From the human T2T-CHM13v2.0 reference genome, Homo sapiens: a stretch of DNA of 64,000 nucleotides. Where the stretch lies: assembly GCF_009914755.1 (NCBI RefSeq), contig NC_060926.1, one strand, 5' to 3'. The notes under the pieces were generated by a model that made no database searches, was not told where the DNA came from, and saw only the letters and a program-made list of their open reading frames with translations. A program made the position numbers and the translations under genes. Positions within the stretch are counted from its first letter, which is position 1, and each line of letters opens with the position of its first letter. Below are positions 1 through 15,128 of this stretch, piece after piece.

Positions 1-1405
<1,405 letters not shown>

Positions 1406-1709
1406 CTCTAATCAACATTTAGCAGCTACATTTTTTTAAACTACAGCTACCAGGTAAAAAATATCGGTGATAACATATCACATTATAAGCATCATCTTTA
1501 AATGCTCTGTGATATTTCTCTGGGGTTTAAAATAGACTGGTTTTCTTAGAGAATGTCTGAAAAGGTTAAAGACTCTCTCAGGAAAAATACTTACAGATGC
1601 AGATTGTGTTAAACATAAAACTAAAAGCAGCACACTGCCTGGATTGAAGGTGGTTAAAGCTGGATCAACACCCTTCATAACTGAATTCAACAAATATATA
1701 TTTTAAATG

Positions 1710-2090
1710 GGATCTAAATATCTTAGGTTTAAACAAGCATAATTGAAGATAGAATTTCAGGTAAATTAAAGAATCATGTGTAAAAAGTAAAAGCACCATA
1801 GCCAATTTCACAAGCACTGAAACTGGCAAAGAAAATTTATAATTATTTAAGTAATTTTAGAATGAGCAAGGAGTTTCTAAGCAGAAAAGTGGTAACAGAA
1901 AACATAAACAGAATTATTATTCTATTTCATTAAAAATTAAGCATTTCTATATACCAAAAACTTTCATAAGCAAATGTAGGTTACAAACTAAAAATTGGGC
2001 CATAATCATGGCAAATATAAAGAAAGGCTAACATTCTGGTAAATCAATTAAAAAATCACCAATACCTTAGGAGTAAAGGATATGGACCAC
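1710..2090 (+). mobile_element. Old L1M ORF2 3' fragment
   Basis: A-rich degenerate similarity to the L1 ORF2 3' region (gagcaaggagtttctaagc; attaaaaattaagcatttct). Confidence 0.45.
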
Positions 2091-3459
2091 TAATTCTCCT
2101 CACTCTATATTTGATTGAAATAGTATTATTTGGCCTTGTGCAAGCTCAGTTTCTTATTGGCTTTAAATAATCCCCGACCCCATCCCAATCTGAGCTGCAG
2201 CTACCAGAGCTCCATCCTCCTCACTACTGAATGGCAAAGCAATAGGCTTTTCTTCACACAGACCTGAAACAAACAAACAAACAAAGAAACAAGCAAAACC
2301 AATCAGAAAGATGGCTTAGGAACCTGCACATCTATTTATTTGATGCTTTGTTTCATGTCACATTATTAAAACTGATTTTGTAATCTTTTCATCTTCACAA
2401 ATAATCTTGTTTCCTTTTTTAAAAAAAGACTTTAAAACATATATTGTCAGAGTTACATGTAGTGACTGATGGAAACCCATTATTTCCCTTGTAAGCATAT
2501 ATAACTGGGAAGCCGGTTACCTTTGGCCGACTAATCCACATCCTAAACTCTGGAATTGTGTAGTCTCTTCTTCCTGGTGCTATTCAGCTTCCATCTTAGT
2601 AACTTCACTATGCTACCAGACCCTTTAATCCTGCATAACTTAGCAGGCATGGATGAAAAGAAAGAAATCCATTCCCTTCATCAGATAATGTTACATGCCA
2701 CTCTCTGTGATGGAGCAGCCTTGACCCATCTTAAGATTGTTTGGCTTCCTATTTTGTGGCAGACTCATCCAAATAAGACTGTTATTATTTATCCCATTTT
2801 CAGCATGATTTTTCTTCTCTTGTCAGCCATGGATCTGTTTCTAGCCTTTTCTCTCTCTACTTCCACGAAGCTGACTTGCTTGCAATTCTCTCTACAAAGT
2901 CAATGAAAATTGCATGCCCATAGCAGCAGTAGGGGGGCACAGAGCACCACAAGAAATCAGCAAAGAATATATAAGCACATTATCAATAACATCAGAACAT
3001 TAATACCTTTTCTTGGCTAAGTGGTTTGCAAGAGCCTACTTAAAGTGATTATTTAAAAAAAAAAACTGTAGGTATAGCTTGTATACACTATGCTTTCTAA
3101 AATAATAATTATTTTTAATATTATAAAGACATGGAGAAAGACTATTTTCTTTCAGAGAACATTACCAGAATAAATTTCTTGTTGTTGTTTTAAGACTCAA
3201 GCTTAAACTACATAACATTCATTTGCATGCTCACACTAAGAAGCTGAATATGTAATACTAAAAGAGTAACCTCAAAAGACTTGTTAGACTCAATATAACT
3301 AGTTTCTGTCATTTAGAGTCCAGGCTTAACCATTCTTTCCTATGACATGTCTCTGGAAGATAAGATTGGTGGGTTCCAGCACAGAATTCATGACTCTAGG
3401 CTCCACTCAGAGTTCTTGAATTTTAGGTCCATAGCTAGGGGGTAAAAACCATGGGAACC

Positions 3460-3680
3460 AGGAGCCAGTCCATCTAAGTGTCTAAGCTGGTTCTGCCATT
3501 TACTAACTTTGTCACTATCAGCAAGTTATTTTTCTTTAGGCTCCTTTCCCTATCTCTAAAATGGAGATAATCATAGTGTTTACTTCCTGTGACTGTAACG
3601 AGGATTAAATGAGGGACTGTATATCCAAACACTGCAAACAGTGCCTGGCACGTGGTGAGGTCAATCATTATGGTCAATAA
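3460..3680 (+). mobile_element. MIR
   Basis: MIR core 'tctctaaaatggagataat' and 3' 'acagtgcctggcacgtggt'. Confidence 0.8.
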
Positions 3681-4094
3681 TAATCTCATTATTATTTTCT
3701 CACTTTCCTATTGTCTAACTAGAGACTTTTTCCTTCAGGAGTTGTGTACAGTGGTGGAGGAGGAACTGTACCCTCCCTGTGAGTATCCAGTGGACTTCAG
3801 TGGACTTCAGTCCAAACATAACCGCAATTTCCGGTTTTATAGACCTGGTGGAAGCTTTCCAGTGTTCAGCTAAGAGTGTGGTCTCTCTCTGTTGCTGAGT
3901 TGATACTGCTGCTTCCCTCAGCAGCCAAGCCTTGCTCTCAAGGGTAGCCTACATGTTAGGGAATGGTTTTGCCCTCTAGGGACAATAGTTTATGCCACTG
4001 AAAAAACTGACTAGGCAAAGTGTTTAAGCAGCTTGTCTGAGGAAGCCTGTACCATAACAGTCAAAATTGCTATAACTATATAACTATAATTATA

Positions 4095-4320
4095 TTCACC
4101 CTGTTCCAGGCACTTTGCTAAGTGCTTTACAAATATTCTCTTAATTAATCTTTTTCATAAGCCTTTGAGATGGATATTACTATTGTTGATATTTTATAGA
4201 TGAGGAAACTAAGACAGAAAAATAACATAATTCTACCAAAAACAAACAGCTATTAGTTAAATGTCCAAACCAGGAAAAGAATTTAGATATAACTTTAAAA
4301 TCAAGATTGTAAGGCCATAC
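4095..4320 (-). mobile_element. MIR
   Basis: 'ccaggcactttgctaagtgctttaca' and core 'ttttatagatgaggaaactaagacag'. Confidence 0.8.
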
Positions 4321-5329
4321 AACATTGAATGTGTATGATGGCGTTCCTATGGGCACAGTGTGTTTCTCCTCCACGATTTTCCATGAACACCAAATAGAAA
4401 GACATGCATACCTGAGAGGCTATTGGTTATTGACATTGTTTTCAGTTTCTTAAGATGTTCCTCCCAGAATTGTGGAATTTCTGGTTATGCACCTTCCCAG
4501 TTATATTTGATTCTGCCAAAATGCACTCCAAAGTGGCCGTATTAAATTCTAATTATATTAGCCATGTTTGGCAGTCACGGGAAAAAGAGAGACTGCTTGA
4601 TATCTCTATATCTCTTTCTTTCCCATGAAAGTTCTTCCACAGCTTTTAACCAGTGTGTGTCCTTCTTTTGCTACATGGTTAATGCTTTTATCCTCAAGTT
4701 TCCGCCAACTCTTTCTCATCTGCAGAATTTATAACAGCACACATAAATAAAACTAATATTTCCTGAAAGATAGAAAAACAAACTAAGCTCCAAATTCATT
4801 TTCTTTCCCATAGGAATAATCAGGGTTTTATTATTATCTGTGTTAGGTGTTCTCATTAGATTACAAACTGAGAATGTAAAGTTCAAGAAAATAATAATGT
4901 CTGGAGAAACTTTATTATATTCTCCAGCCGTGTCCCAGGATATTTAATGAAACTTTTCAGTGCCTTGGAAACAGTAGGAATAAAATTATAACTTGAGTTA
5001 CTTTTCTATCTTTTATTCTTTCTCTTCATTTCTATAGACCTCAGGGATAAGCAGTTGCCTTTGGTCAGAGGACTTTTGTGTTATCATTGCAACTTTTTCA
5101 TTTTGACTTCTTCTTAAGGGTGGGATTTAAGATCCAAACAGTAACTAAGAAACAGGAGAGAAAGTGTATATATTTTCATGGGGAACACTTACTTTCCTTA
5201 TTACATGCTGTGTATTTTACTCTTTCTACTTCTGCATTTTCCAATTTCCAGCTTCATTCCACAAATGGCTTTGAGGTTGCTTCTGTTTAATTCTGGAGTT
5301 TAAACCTCTGCCATTATTCTCCTCCACAG

Positions 5330-5575
5330 AAAATAGATGAAGAAAGTAGTTCAAAAACTACACCCGCACTCAATATGTGTTGTGATTAAAATACTGTCTG
5401 ATTCTCTGACTGGAGTGTGTGTGTGTCCTTGGAGGGAGTTGGACGTGTGCCAGGAGGAAGTGCACGTACCCACTGATGGTCTGAAAAGACTGCTTCAACT
5501 CTGGGGCCGAAAACAGCAAACTCAAAAGGAAGGTTGGAGTCAATGGGTCCTGACACTAATGGGACAATTCTCCAG
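5330..5575 (+). other. Candidate exon (unverified)
   Basis: Acceptor 'ttctcctccacag|' at 5329, donor 'CCAG|gtaggc' at 5576, and an ORF from ATG 5337 open to the donor. Confidence 0.25.
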
Positions 5576-5656
5576 GTAGGCTGCTTTTCCTCCTGTTCTG
5601 TTGCTGGACAGACTCTTGCTACCAGCCCATCTCCATGACCCACACCATTCTCCATG

Positions 5657-5704
5657 TCTCCTTCCTCCTCCTTTCTTCTTCTTCTTCTTTTTTTTTTTTT
5701 TTTT
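5657..5704. repeat. Polypyrimidine tract: (CCT/CTT)n plus poly-T
   Basis: Direct reading. Confidence 0.9.
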
Positions 5705-6974
5705 AATGCAGGTATCTTCTACCAGCAACCATGCTTTCCTGCTGTGATGATGCGTAGGGTGTGCAAGTCTGTTGAGAAGGACATGTGACAAGGCATTCTT
5801 ACACCAAAGCTGTGGTCTGCACTATCCAGATAATATAAAATTATGTGACCAGTTAGGAAGTAAACATAGAAAAACTTCACATTGAATATGTTTTATCTTT
5901 TTCAAAGAATTTTCCTTTGGAAGATCTCAGATGCTTTCAAAATGTGAAGCCAAATACTGTGGAAACCTAAAGCACATTCTTGTGATTATTCTCACACAGA
6001 AAATTGACATCCTTCAAAGGCAGGAGTTTTTGGAAATAGCTAAATCCATTTAGAGTCATGCACAATGATCAAGGTGTGTAATTCTGTAAGGAATCAAAAA
6101 TGAGGAACTAATTCCAAGAAACAAAACTGTTTTCAGACTGGGGGTATACAATGAGCATAAAAGAAGATAGAGTTATTTCCATCTTCATGGGACGTGAACC
6201 AACCATTTGGGTGGGGTGTGTGTGTGTGTGCATGAATGTGTATAAAACGAATGGGTGGAAACATGTAGATGGCTCACTGTGGTCATTCAATATGTTTTCT
6301 AGAGGACATCTTGATCAGTCCCCTCCTCTCATGTTTTAGCGACATGGTACAAGGCTTTCTCCTCCCCAGTAGTGTAGGTTCCTAGAGAGGATGCTTCTCT
6401 AATTTGCCATCACTATACCCTCTCTTTGGCTCACTGCAGTACCTCATGCACCAGGGCTACTGGGTGAGTATTTATCTAAATGATGAATTAAATGAATGTG
6501 TGGTGGGTTCTTGTTTTCCTGACTATAGCTCCATGCTCCTGAGTATATTTCTTTTTCATTAAGTTTGATGACCTCAAGTGATGATTTTTTGTATTTCCTA
6601 CCCTATATGTGTGTACCTACCCTATAGGTATGTTTCACGCCCCGTGTTTTCCTGTGCTGAACTGTTTGACCTCCATGCTCTTGAGTCAACTCTCCAGAGA
6701 ACATAGCAGAAATATCTCAATGAACTTTCCCTCTTTTATATATTACAACCATTCTGAAGAAAAACAAATAGAATTTCGTGACTGACTGGATACAAGGAAT
6801 GACCTTGCACATCTTATATCTTGTAGAGCAGTTGATGTCTTCATCATTCTTTGTGTAATTTATCATGTACTACCTTAGTGTGACTATGCAAGTAGGCAGA
6901 AAAGGCTGTCCTAACTTCATGATCTCCAACCTGTCATTTCCTGGTCAAGCCTTTCCCTATATTCTATTCTAGAG

Positions 6975-7240
6975 GGCATTATAGAATAATGGGTAAAAGC
7001 ACTAGCTTTGAAATTAGAAAAAAAAAAAAGTTGTGGTCTTAGATCTATCTCTCACTAATCAGCAAGTTTTTTTTTTTTTGTTTTGTTTTGTTTTTTTGTC
7101 TAATTAAGCTTCAGTGTCTCTTCCTAAACTTGATGTAAGAATATCTACCTCTCAGGGATGGTCTAGGTTTCAAATAAAATAATGCCTATAAAAGGCTTTT
7201 TTGGGTATCTGGCACCTTATACACTCAATAGCTCAACACA
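6975..7240 (+). mobile_element. MIR, degenerate, with internal A/T runs
   Basis: 5' 'taatgggtaaaagcactagctttgaaattaga' and 3' 'tctggcac...cactcaata'. Confidence 0.6.
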
Positions 7241-7789
7241 TTACTTCATTTTAATTATAACTATTTTTCTGTAAAGCAAGCAATTCAAATCTTATCCATT
7301 ATTTTCAAACTTCTCTCCCTGAGAAAACAACCTTATTGATCAAGAAAAGTAGAAGGCTTTATAAAAAAAATTTCCAAATTTCTGTTCACATTTCCTTAAC
7401 AATTATTTTTACTCACACAATTATTCCTCTCTCCCTCCTGTTCTCAGGGAGGTGTGTCTACTATTTTGTAAGTACTTGACCTCTGAATTCCTTTCTTGCT
7501 GTCTTCTCAGAAACTTCTTTATATTGTCCTTTCTCTCTTCTTTCTATTTTCATTTAAACACATACTGTATTTTCTGACTTAAAAGTTCTTGTTTTGATCC
7601 TTCCTTCCTCTTGATCTATCTCTTACTTCACAGCTGAACATTTAGGTGGAGTTGCCTGAGCTTGATTCTCCTCATTCCACCTGCACCACAGCCCATTACC
7701 TCCTGCCTTATCACTGCCTTGAAGCTGCTATTACCCACACCACTGAAGACCTTCCTGGCTATAGGAAACTGCCACAAAGTAAGAGCACC

Positions 7790-8215
7790 AGCTGTGGAGC
7801 CAGCTACTTGGATCGGAACTCTGCCTTCAACACTTGCTAGCTCTGTCACCTTGGAAGGGTGACAAACTCTCTATACCTTAGTGTCCTGGTCCATAAAATG
7901 GGAATAAAATTACCTCCTATGTTTGTTCTGAAGATGACTGAGTAAATAAGTATAAAGTACTGCTCATGGGTCAGCAAACTTTGGCCAGCCTGTTGCCTGC
8001 TTTTGTAAATAAAGTTTTATTGGGATACAGCAGAACTCGCTCCTGTATGCATTCCCAGTGGCTTCTTCTGCACTCTAAGGGCAGAGGTGGGCAGCTGTGA
8101 CACAGATGACATGCCCACAAAGCCCAATATATTTGCTAGCTGGCTCTTTATGGAAAAGTCTGCTGAACCCTGGCTTAGAACAAAGCCTGGCATATGATAA
8201 GCACTAAAGAATGTT
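7790..8215 (+). mobile_element. MIR interrupted by MER58A
   Basis: MIR core 'ccataaaatgggaataa' before the insertion. MIR resumes as 'gcttagaacaaagcctggcatatgataagcact' after 8172. Confidence 0.7.
7965..8172 (+). mobile_element. MER58A-like hAT DNA transposon
   Basis: TIRs 'catgggtcagcaaact' and 'agtctgctgaaccctg'; internal 'ttttgtaaataaagttttattgg'. Confidence 0.8.
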
Positions 8216-8459
8216 AGAGAGTATTAGAACTCGAGCTTTAATACTACTTGCCACACTTGGCCACTTCTTTCGTCTGCCATGATACCCTGATTTTTTTGGC
8301 ATTTTCATTTCCTCCTTTATCTGATCTTTTTAGCTTTCTAAGGGACTTATTTTCCTCTTTTCTTTGAGAGATCTTACTGTTTCTTGGCTCCTTGATCACT
8401 CTTCCTATAGGCTTGGTTTCACTGTCCTTATGGAATTTGTTCATTCTATTCCTGCCCAA

Positions 8460-8800
8460 TGTCAACTATGCTCATGAATTTGAGTGTCTCTATGCTGAAT
8501 ATTGCCAGATCTCTGTCTCCAGTACAAATCTTTCTCTTGGCCTTTAGAACTGTTTATCCAAATTGGTTTTCTCCACTTGGATCAACTAAAAACACTTTCA
8601 CATTTTATACGTCCAAAACTTAACCCATAATATTCTTCCTTAACTTGTTCCTCCACTCACCCTAGTGAATGGCTGCTGCATACTCCGTTGTGTACCTCCA
8701 GCCATTTTATGACATTGCATGGAGAGTGTTATTTTTCAAGCGTGACTCTGCCTGTAGCATTCCTGTGACTCCCCATAACTCTTAGGATACAAATAAAAAT
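8460..8800 (+). mobile_element. L2 fragment
   Basis: Degenerate L2-like 'tatgctga...ccagatctctgtctccag' and 'gtccaaaacttaac'. Confidence 0.5.
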
Positions 8801-8808
8801 TGCTTTAG

Positions 8809-9104
<296 letters not shown>

Positions 9105-9198
9105 GCTTTAGCATTATTAATTTCCAGCATCCTTCTTCTTTTTTGGAATCCCAGTCACAGTGAGACTTGAAAATGTCATTTTTCCTTTTGCTTCTGGA

Positions 9199-9204
9199 AC
9201 ACAT

Positions 9205-9258
<54 letters not shown>
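9199..9258. repeat. (CA)n microsatellite, interrupted
   Basis: Direct reading. Confidence 0.95.
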
Positions 9259-9686
9259 CTGCCTCTGTCCTTGCTTCCACAGACAGCCTTCCTCCCACCA
9301 TCCATCCAATACATATAGTTGGACTAAAGATCTTCAAGATAGTCAATGTTCTTATTTCCTTATTAACAGAACCCCCGATTTTGTTTCTGGTTGCAAAATA
9401 CCCAACTCAAAACAAAACAAAATAACAAGCAAAAATTAGGAGTGGCTATGTAATATATATATAAGGCATTGGCTTATGATTTCCATGAAAGTTTTGTTTT
9501 CCTGATATAGCTGTCACGCTGCTGCTTCTTGCCTGGAATACAGACAAAATGCTTGCAGCTGTGGCAGCCATCTCAACTCTCAGAGAACTGGAGTTATAGT
9601 AAAGGTTTCGTCGTTATTGCCAGTCTTACTGCCAAATCGTTCTTTACCAGCACATTAAGAATGTTGTTGACTAGGAAATGCTTCTA

Positions 9687-10074
<388 letters not shown>

Positions 10075-10229
10075 TAGTAGGGAGTGTTCAATAAGGGTAT
10101 TAAAATATTTGCTCATTACTTTCTAAAGGATTCTGGGTTTCACATGGGAACATCTTCCTTCGGACGCACACACAGCAACAACAATAACAACTAAGTACAA
10201 TAAGAAGCATGTTATTTTAAAGAATTGTT

Positions 10230-12627
10230 GGGCACCCTTGTCTCGTGCTGGTTTTCAAAGGGACTGCTTCCAGCTTTTGCCCATTTGGTATGATATTGGC
10301 TTTGGGTTTGTCCTAAATAGTTCTTATTATTTTGGGGTATGTTCCATGAATACCTAGTTTATTGAGAGTTTCTAACATGAAGGGATGTTGACTTTTATCA
10401 AAGGCCTTATCTGCATCTATTGAGATAATCATGTGATTTTTATCATTGGTTCTGTTTATATGATGGACTACATTTATTGATTTGCGTATATTGAACCAGC
10501 CTTGCATCCCAGGGATGAAGCTGACTTGATTGTAATGGATAAGCTTTTTGATGTGCTGCTGGATTCCCTCTCTCACTGCTCCTATTCAATATAGTATTGG
10601 AAGTTCTGGCCAGGACAATCAGGCAAAAGAAAAGAATAAAGGATATTCAAATAGGAAGAGAGAAAGTCAAATTGTTTGTTTGCAGAAGACATGATGGTAT
10701 ATTTATTAAACCACATTGTCTCAGCCCAAAAACTCCTTAAGCTGATAGTCAAATTCAGCATAGTATCAGGATACAACATCAATGTGCAAAAATCACAAGC
10801 ATTTCTATACACCAACAATAGATAAGCAGAGAACCAAATGATGAATCAACTCCCATTCACAATTGCTACAAAGACAATATAATACCTAGGAATACAGCTA
10901 ACAAGGGATGTGAAGGAACTCTTCTAGGAGAACCACAAACCACTGCTCAAGGAAATCAGAGAGGACACAAGCAAATGGAAAAACATTCTATCCCCATGGA
11001 TAGGAAGCATCAATATCACGAAAATGTGCATACTGTCCAAAGTAATATATAGCTTTAATGCTACTCCCATCAGACTACCATTGACATTCTTCTCAGAATT
11101 AGAAAAAATTACTTTAAATTTTATATGAAACCCAAAAGAACCTGTATAGCCAAGACAATCCTAAGCAAAAGGAACAAAGCTGGAGGCTTCATGCTACCTG
11201 ACTTCAAACTACACCACAAGTCTACAGTAACCAAAACAGCATGGTACTGGTACCAAATCAGACATGTAGACCAATGGGACAGAACAGAGACTTTGGAAAC
11301 AACACCACACATCTACAACCATCTGATCTTCAAAAAATCTGACAAAAACAACAATGGGGAAAGGATTCTGTGTTTAATAAATGGTGTTGGGAAAACTGGC
11401 TAGCCGTATGCAGAAAACTGAAACTGGACCCCTTCCTTACACCTTATACAAAAATTAACTCAAGATAGATTAAAGACTTAAACATAAGACCTAAAACCAT
11501 AAAAACCCTAGAAGAAAACCTATGCAAGACCATTCAGGACATAGGCATGGGCAAAGACTTCATGACTGAAACACCAAAAGCAATGGCAACAAAGTCAAAA
11601 TTGACAAATGGGATCTAATTAAATGAAAGAGCTTCGGCACAGCAAAAGAAACTATCATCAGAGTTAACAAGCAGCCTAGAGAAAGGGACAACATTTTTGC
11701 AATCTAACCAGCTGACAAAGGTCTAATATCCAGAATCTACAAAGAACTTAAACAAATTTTTAGGAAAAAACAAACAATACCATCGAAAAGTGGGCAAAGG
11801 ACATGAACAGACACTTCTGTCACATTTATGTGGCCAACAAACATATGAAAAAAGCTTAACATCACTGATCATTACAGAAATGCAAATCAAAACCACAATG
11901 TGACACCATTTCGCCCGTCAGAATGGCCATTATTAAATAGTCAAGAAACAATAGATGCTGGCAAGTCTTTGGAGAAATAGGAACACTTATACACAGTTGC
12001 TGGAAATGTAAATTAGTTCGACCATTGTCGAAAACAGTGTGGCAATTCCTCAAGGATTTAAAACCAGAAATACCATTTGACCCGACAATCCCATTACTGG
12101 GTATATACCCAAAGGAATATAAATAATTATACTATAAAGACACATGCACACATATGTTCATTGCAACAGTGTTTACAATAGCAAAGACATGGAACCGACC
12201 CAAATGCCTATCAATGATAAACTGGATAAAGAAAATGTGGGACATATATGCCGTGGAATACTATGCAACTGTAAAAATGAATGAGATCATGTCCTTTGCA
12301 GGGACATGGATGAAGCTGGAAGCCATCATCCTCAGCAAACTGACACAGCAACAAAAAGACCAAACACTGCATGTTGTCACTCATAAGTGGGAGTTGAATA
12401 ATGAGAACACATGGACACAGAGAGGGAAACAACACACACTGGGGCCTGTCAGGGGGTGGGGGGCAAGGGGAGTAAGAGCATCAGGACAAACAGCTAATGC
12501 ATGCAGGGCTTAAAATCTAGATGACGGGTTGATAGTTGCAGCAAACCGCCATGGCACGTGTATACTTATTAACAAATCTGTAATTTCTGCACATGTATAC
12601 TGGAACTTAAAGTAAAAGTTTAAAAAA
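10230..12627 (+). mobile_element. 5'-truncated L1PA (about PA8-PA13) with a 5' inversion (10230-10566 on the minus strand)
   Basis: The minus ORF 10313..10576 is L1 RT ([10 protein letters not shown]...[11 protein letters not shown]). Plus-strand ORF2 remnants and 3' UTR follow. Degenerate TSD aaagaattgttgg / aaggaactgttgg. Confidence 0.95.
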
Positions 12628-12739
12628 GGAACTGTTGGTACCCTCTTACCCACTATTTGTTTTTTATACCAGAGATTAGCAATATTTAATCTCATTAGCA
12701 GATATGATAATGGCAATAATTGCTTTTTATTAATCATCA

Positions 12740-12900
12740 TTTTATATACATCATATTTAATTATTGCAGTAATCTTAAATAGTAGGTATCATTATCTCCA
12801 TTTGACAGATAAAGAGACTGAGATTAAAAGAAGTAAAATTGTATGTCCAAGTGTGTTTAATTTGTAACTACCAGAATCAGAATTACTGACTAAAAACTTC
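12740..12900 (-). mobile_element. MIR
   Basis: 'taggtatcattatctccatttgacagataaagagactgag'. Confidence 0.7.
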
Positions 12901-14189
12901 TGCCCCTGAAACCTGTGGCATTAGCTGTGTTCCTTCATTGGCGTCCAAGCTTGTCACAGAACACATTGGCAAGCCTAGGTATTCTCTTATTTTGCATGTC
13001 TTGCCTTCAGTCCTCGTGTGGTAAACAATGTTTTTCTAAATGTTACATTTTTCACTTCTGGGTCTAGCACATGCCTGGTAAATAAAAACTTATTGATTCA
13101 TTTGTTCTAGAGCAAGAATATCTCCTCCACCACTCTTTGTACCTACCCCAATATGTGTGGAACATGGCCTTGTATTATAAAACACTTGTATTCATTGGCT
13201 TTTGGCAACACCACTAAATCACTCCCTCTCTCTTGCATTCTGTTCAGCTTGTAGATTTTCTTCTTCTTTTTTTTGGCTGAATCAACATGTGAACCTCATT
13301 TTGTAGGATTTGTTAAAAATATAATTAAAATGTTGTAGAAAGGTTTTGGCCAAATTGGCCTGGATCCTAGAACCCACTCTAAGCAAAACCTCAAGGAATA
13401 TATGTTCATAGAAAAGGTTTGCTCTCTGGGATTCCCTCCCACTTGTGTTAACCTGATATTTTGCTTATTCTGCTATGAAATTCCTCAGAGAAGTGAAACA
13501 GTAGCTTGCCTCATTAAGACTCATCATTTACAAGATGTTGACAAATGTTGGCATTTATCCTGTTAACATAATAAATGTGAGAAAAATGACCATTTGGCAT
13601 AGATAGTTCCATGCAAAATGCAAGCATGGTTAAGAATTAGGATGATTTGTTATGTCTAAGCAGCATCGTTCAGTGCTACATATTGGGGTAAATATGTTTT
13701 GGAAATAATTATTTCTTCTTTGCCCCACAAATATAATTTTTCTTTTTTTGGCCGTGAGCAGGCAAAGTAGTTCAAGATATAATTAAAAGTAGAATCCAGA
13801 AAAACAGCTATATAAATCTCATTTGTTTATTTTTTTTTACTTTAATAAACTTGAATTTTTCTCCCTTTTGGAACCAAGCTATTATTTTTGCTTAATGTTT
13901 TAATGCTTGGTTATGATTTTCATACCATATGTCGTTATCTGACACACGTTTTTGTGCTTCAACGTTATAATCCTTTAATTTTAAAGCAAAATAAATGACA
14001 GAAAAGTAAGTATGGGAAAAAAAAAGCAACTTAGGAATAACTGGTTCGACTTTTTTTAATGGAAAGGATTGAACCTCTAGTAGTGAAAATATGTTGAGAA
14101 TTTCATTTATTTAGATTTAAAGAACTTGAATTTGACAACAAGCTTCTAGGGTTGTGTATATGCTTATACACACATATACACACACATAT

Positions 14190-15128
14190 TAGGAAACAGA
14201 AAAGTAGCCCCTGACCTCCAGAAGCTGGCCCAGCACGCAAAGCCAGGCTTCAGTGTTCTGTGGAACAAGATTTCAGAAAACATCAACACCAGACAAGACT
14301 ATTCCATGATAGATCAGTACAAACACTAGACAACTGCAGCATCATGGTTGAACACAGACAACATCATAAACATTGTCTAAACCACAGTAATGACCAAGCA
14401 CCCCCTTATCCTGGCTTGTATGAGTGACTACTGCTTCTTGAGTAATTAGGTGCACTTTGCCTTTATTTAGTTTTCCCTCTTTCTACAAAAGATCTGTTAA
14501 GATACTCAATCACACAATTACACTGGCTTCCTGATAGCACCCAATCCACACCCAAGCCCCACTTCCTGGAACTCACCCCAATGTCACCTAATCTGAACTT
14601 GAATTCTCTCTTTTTTAAAAACCTTTAAGTTCAGGGGTACATATGCAGATTTGTTATACAGGTAAACTTGTGTCATGGGGGCTTATTGTGCAGAGTATTT
14701 CATCACCCAGGTATTAAGCCTAGTACCCATTAGTTGTTTTTCCTGATCTTCTCCCTCCTCCCACCCTCCACCCTCTAAAAGGCCCCAGCGGGTGTTGTTC
14801 CCTCTATGTGTCCATGTATTCTCATCATTTGGCTCCCCAAACTGCTTCTCCAAGAAATCAGAGATGACACAAACAAGTGGAAAAACATTCCACACTCATG
14901 GATAGGAAGACTCAATATTGATAAAATGGCCAATTTATAGATTCAATTTATAGATTTATAGATTCAGTGCTATTCCCATTAAACTTCCATTGACATATAA
15001 CCCTTTTCTAATACCCAACTACTGAGACATCCCATGGTTCTGTGCAACCATGGTTCTGAGCAACAGATCCAAATTGTCAAATATAGGTAGGTGTTCTCTA
15101 GGTGGTCTTGGACTGTAGTGCATTAATA
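14190..15128 (+). mobile_element. ERV1-class solo LTR (MER34/MER39-like), interrupted by an L1
   Basis: Resembles my recall of MER34-group LTRs, including the 3' end 'ggtgttctctaggtggtcttggactgtagtgcattaata'. The sequence resumes colinearly after 14995. Family assignment is uncertain. Confidence 0.55.
14608..14995 (-). mobile_element. Short L1PA13-16-like insertion: 3' UTR on minus (to ~14836) joined to an inverted ORF2 piece on plus (~14837-14995)
   Basis: 'ttaagttcaggggtacatatgcag...' is an antisense L1 3' end; 'aagaaatcagagatgacacaaacaagtggaaaaacattcc' is sense ORF2. Confidence 0.88.

Noticed and set aside
3788-3811. Short tandem duplications (cagtggactt x2 here; agtcaacattt x2 near 22798)
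   Set aside because: Ordinary slippage products.
5540-5791. Poly-Lys ORF, and the CV/HT-repeat ORFs near 9.0-9.4 kb
   Set aside because: Translation artefacts of poly-T and (CA)n tracts.
10313-12513. RT-like ORFs as a functional reverse transcriptase
   Set aside because: They are fragments of a truncated, inverted, frameshifted L1.
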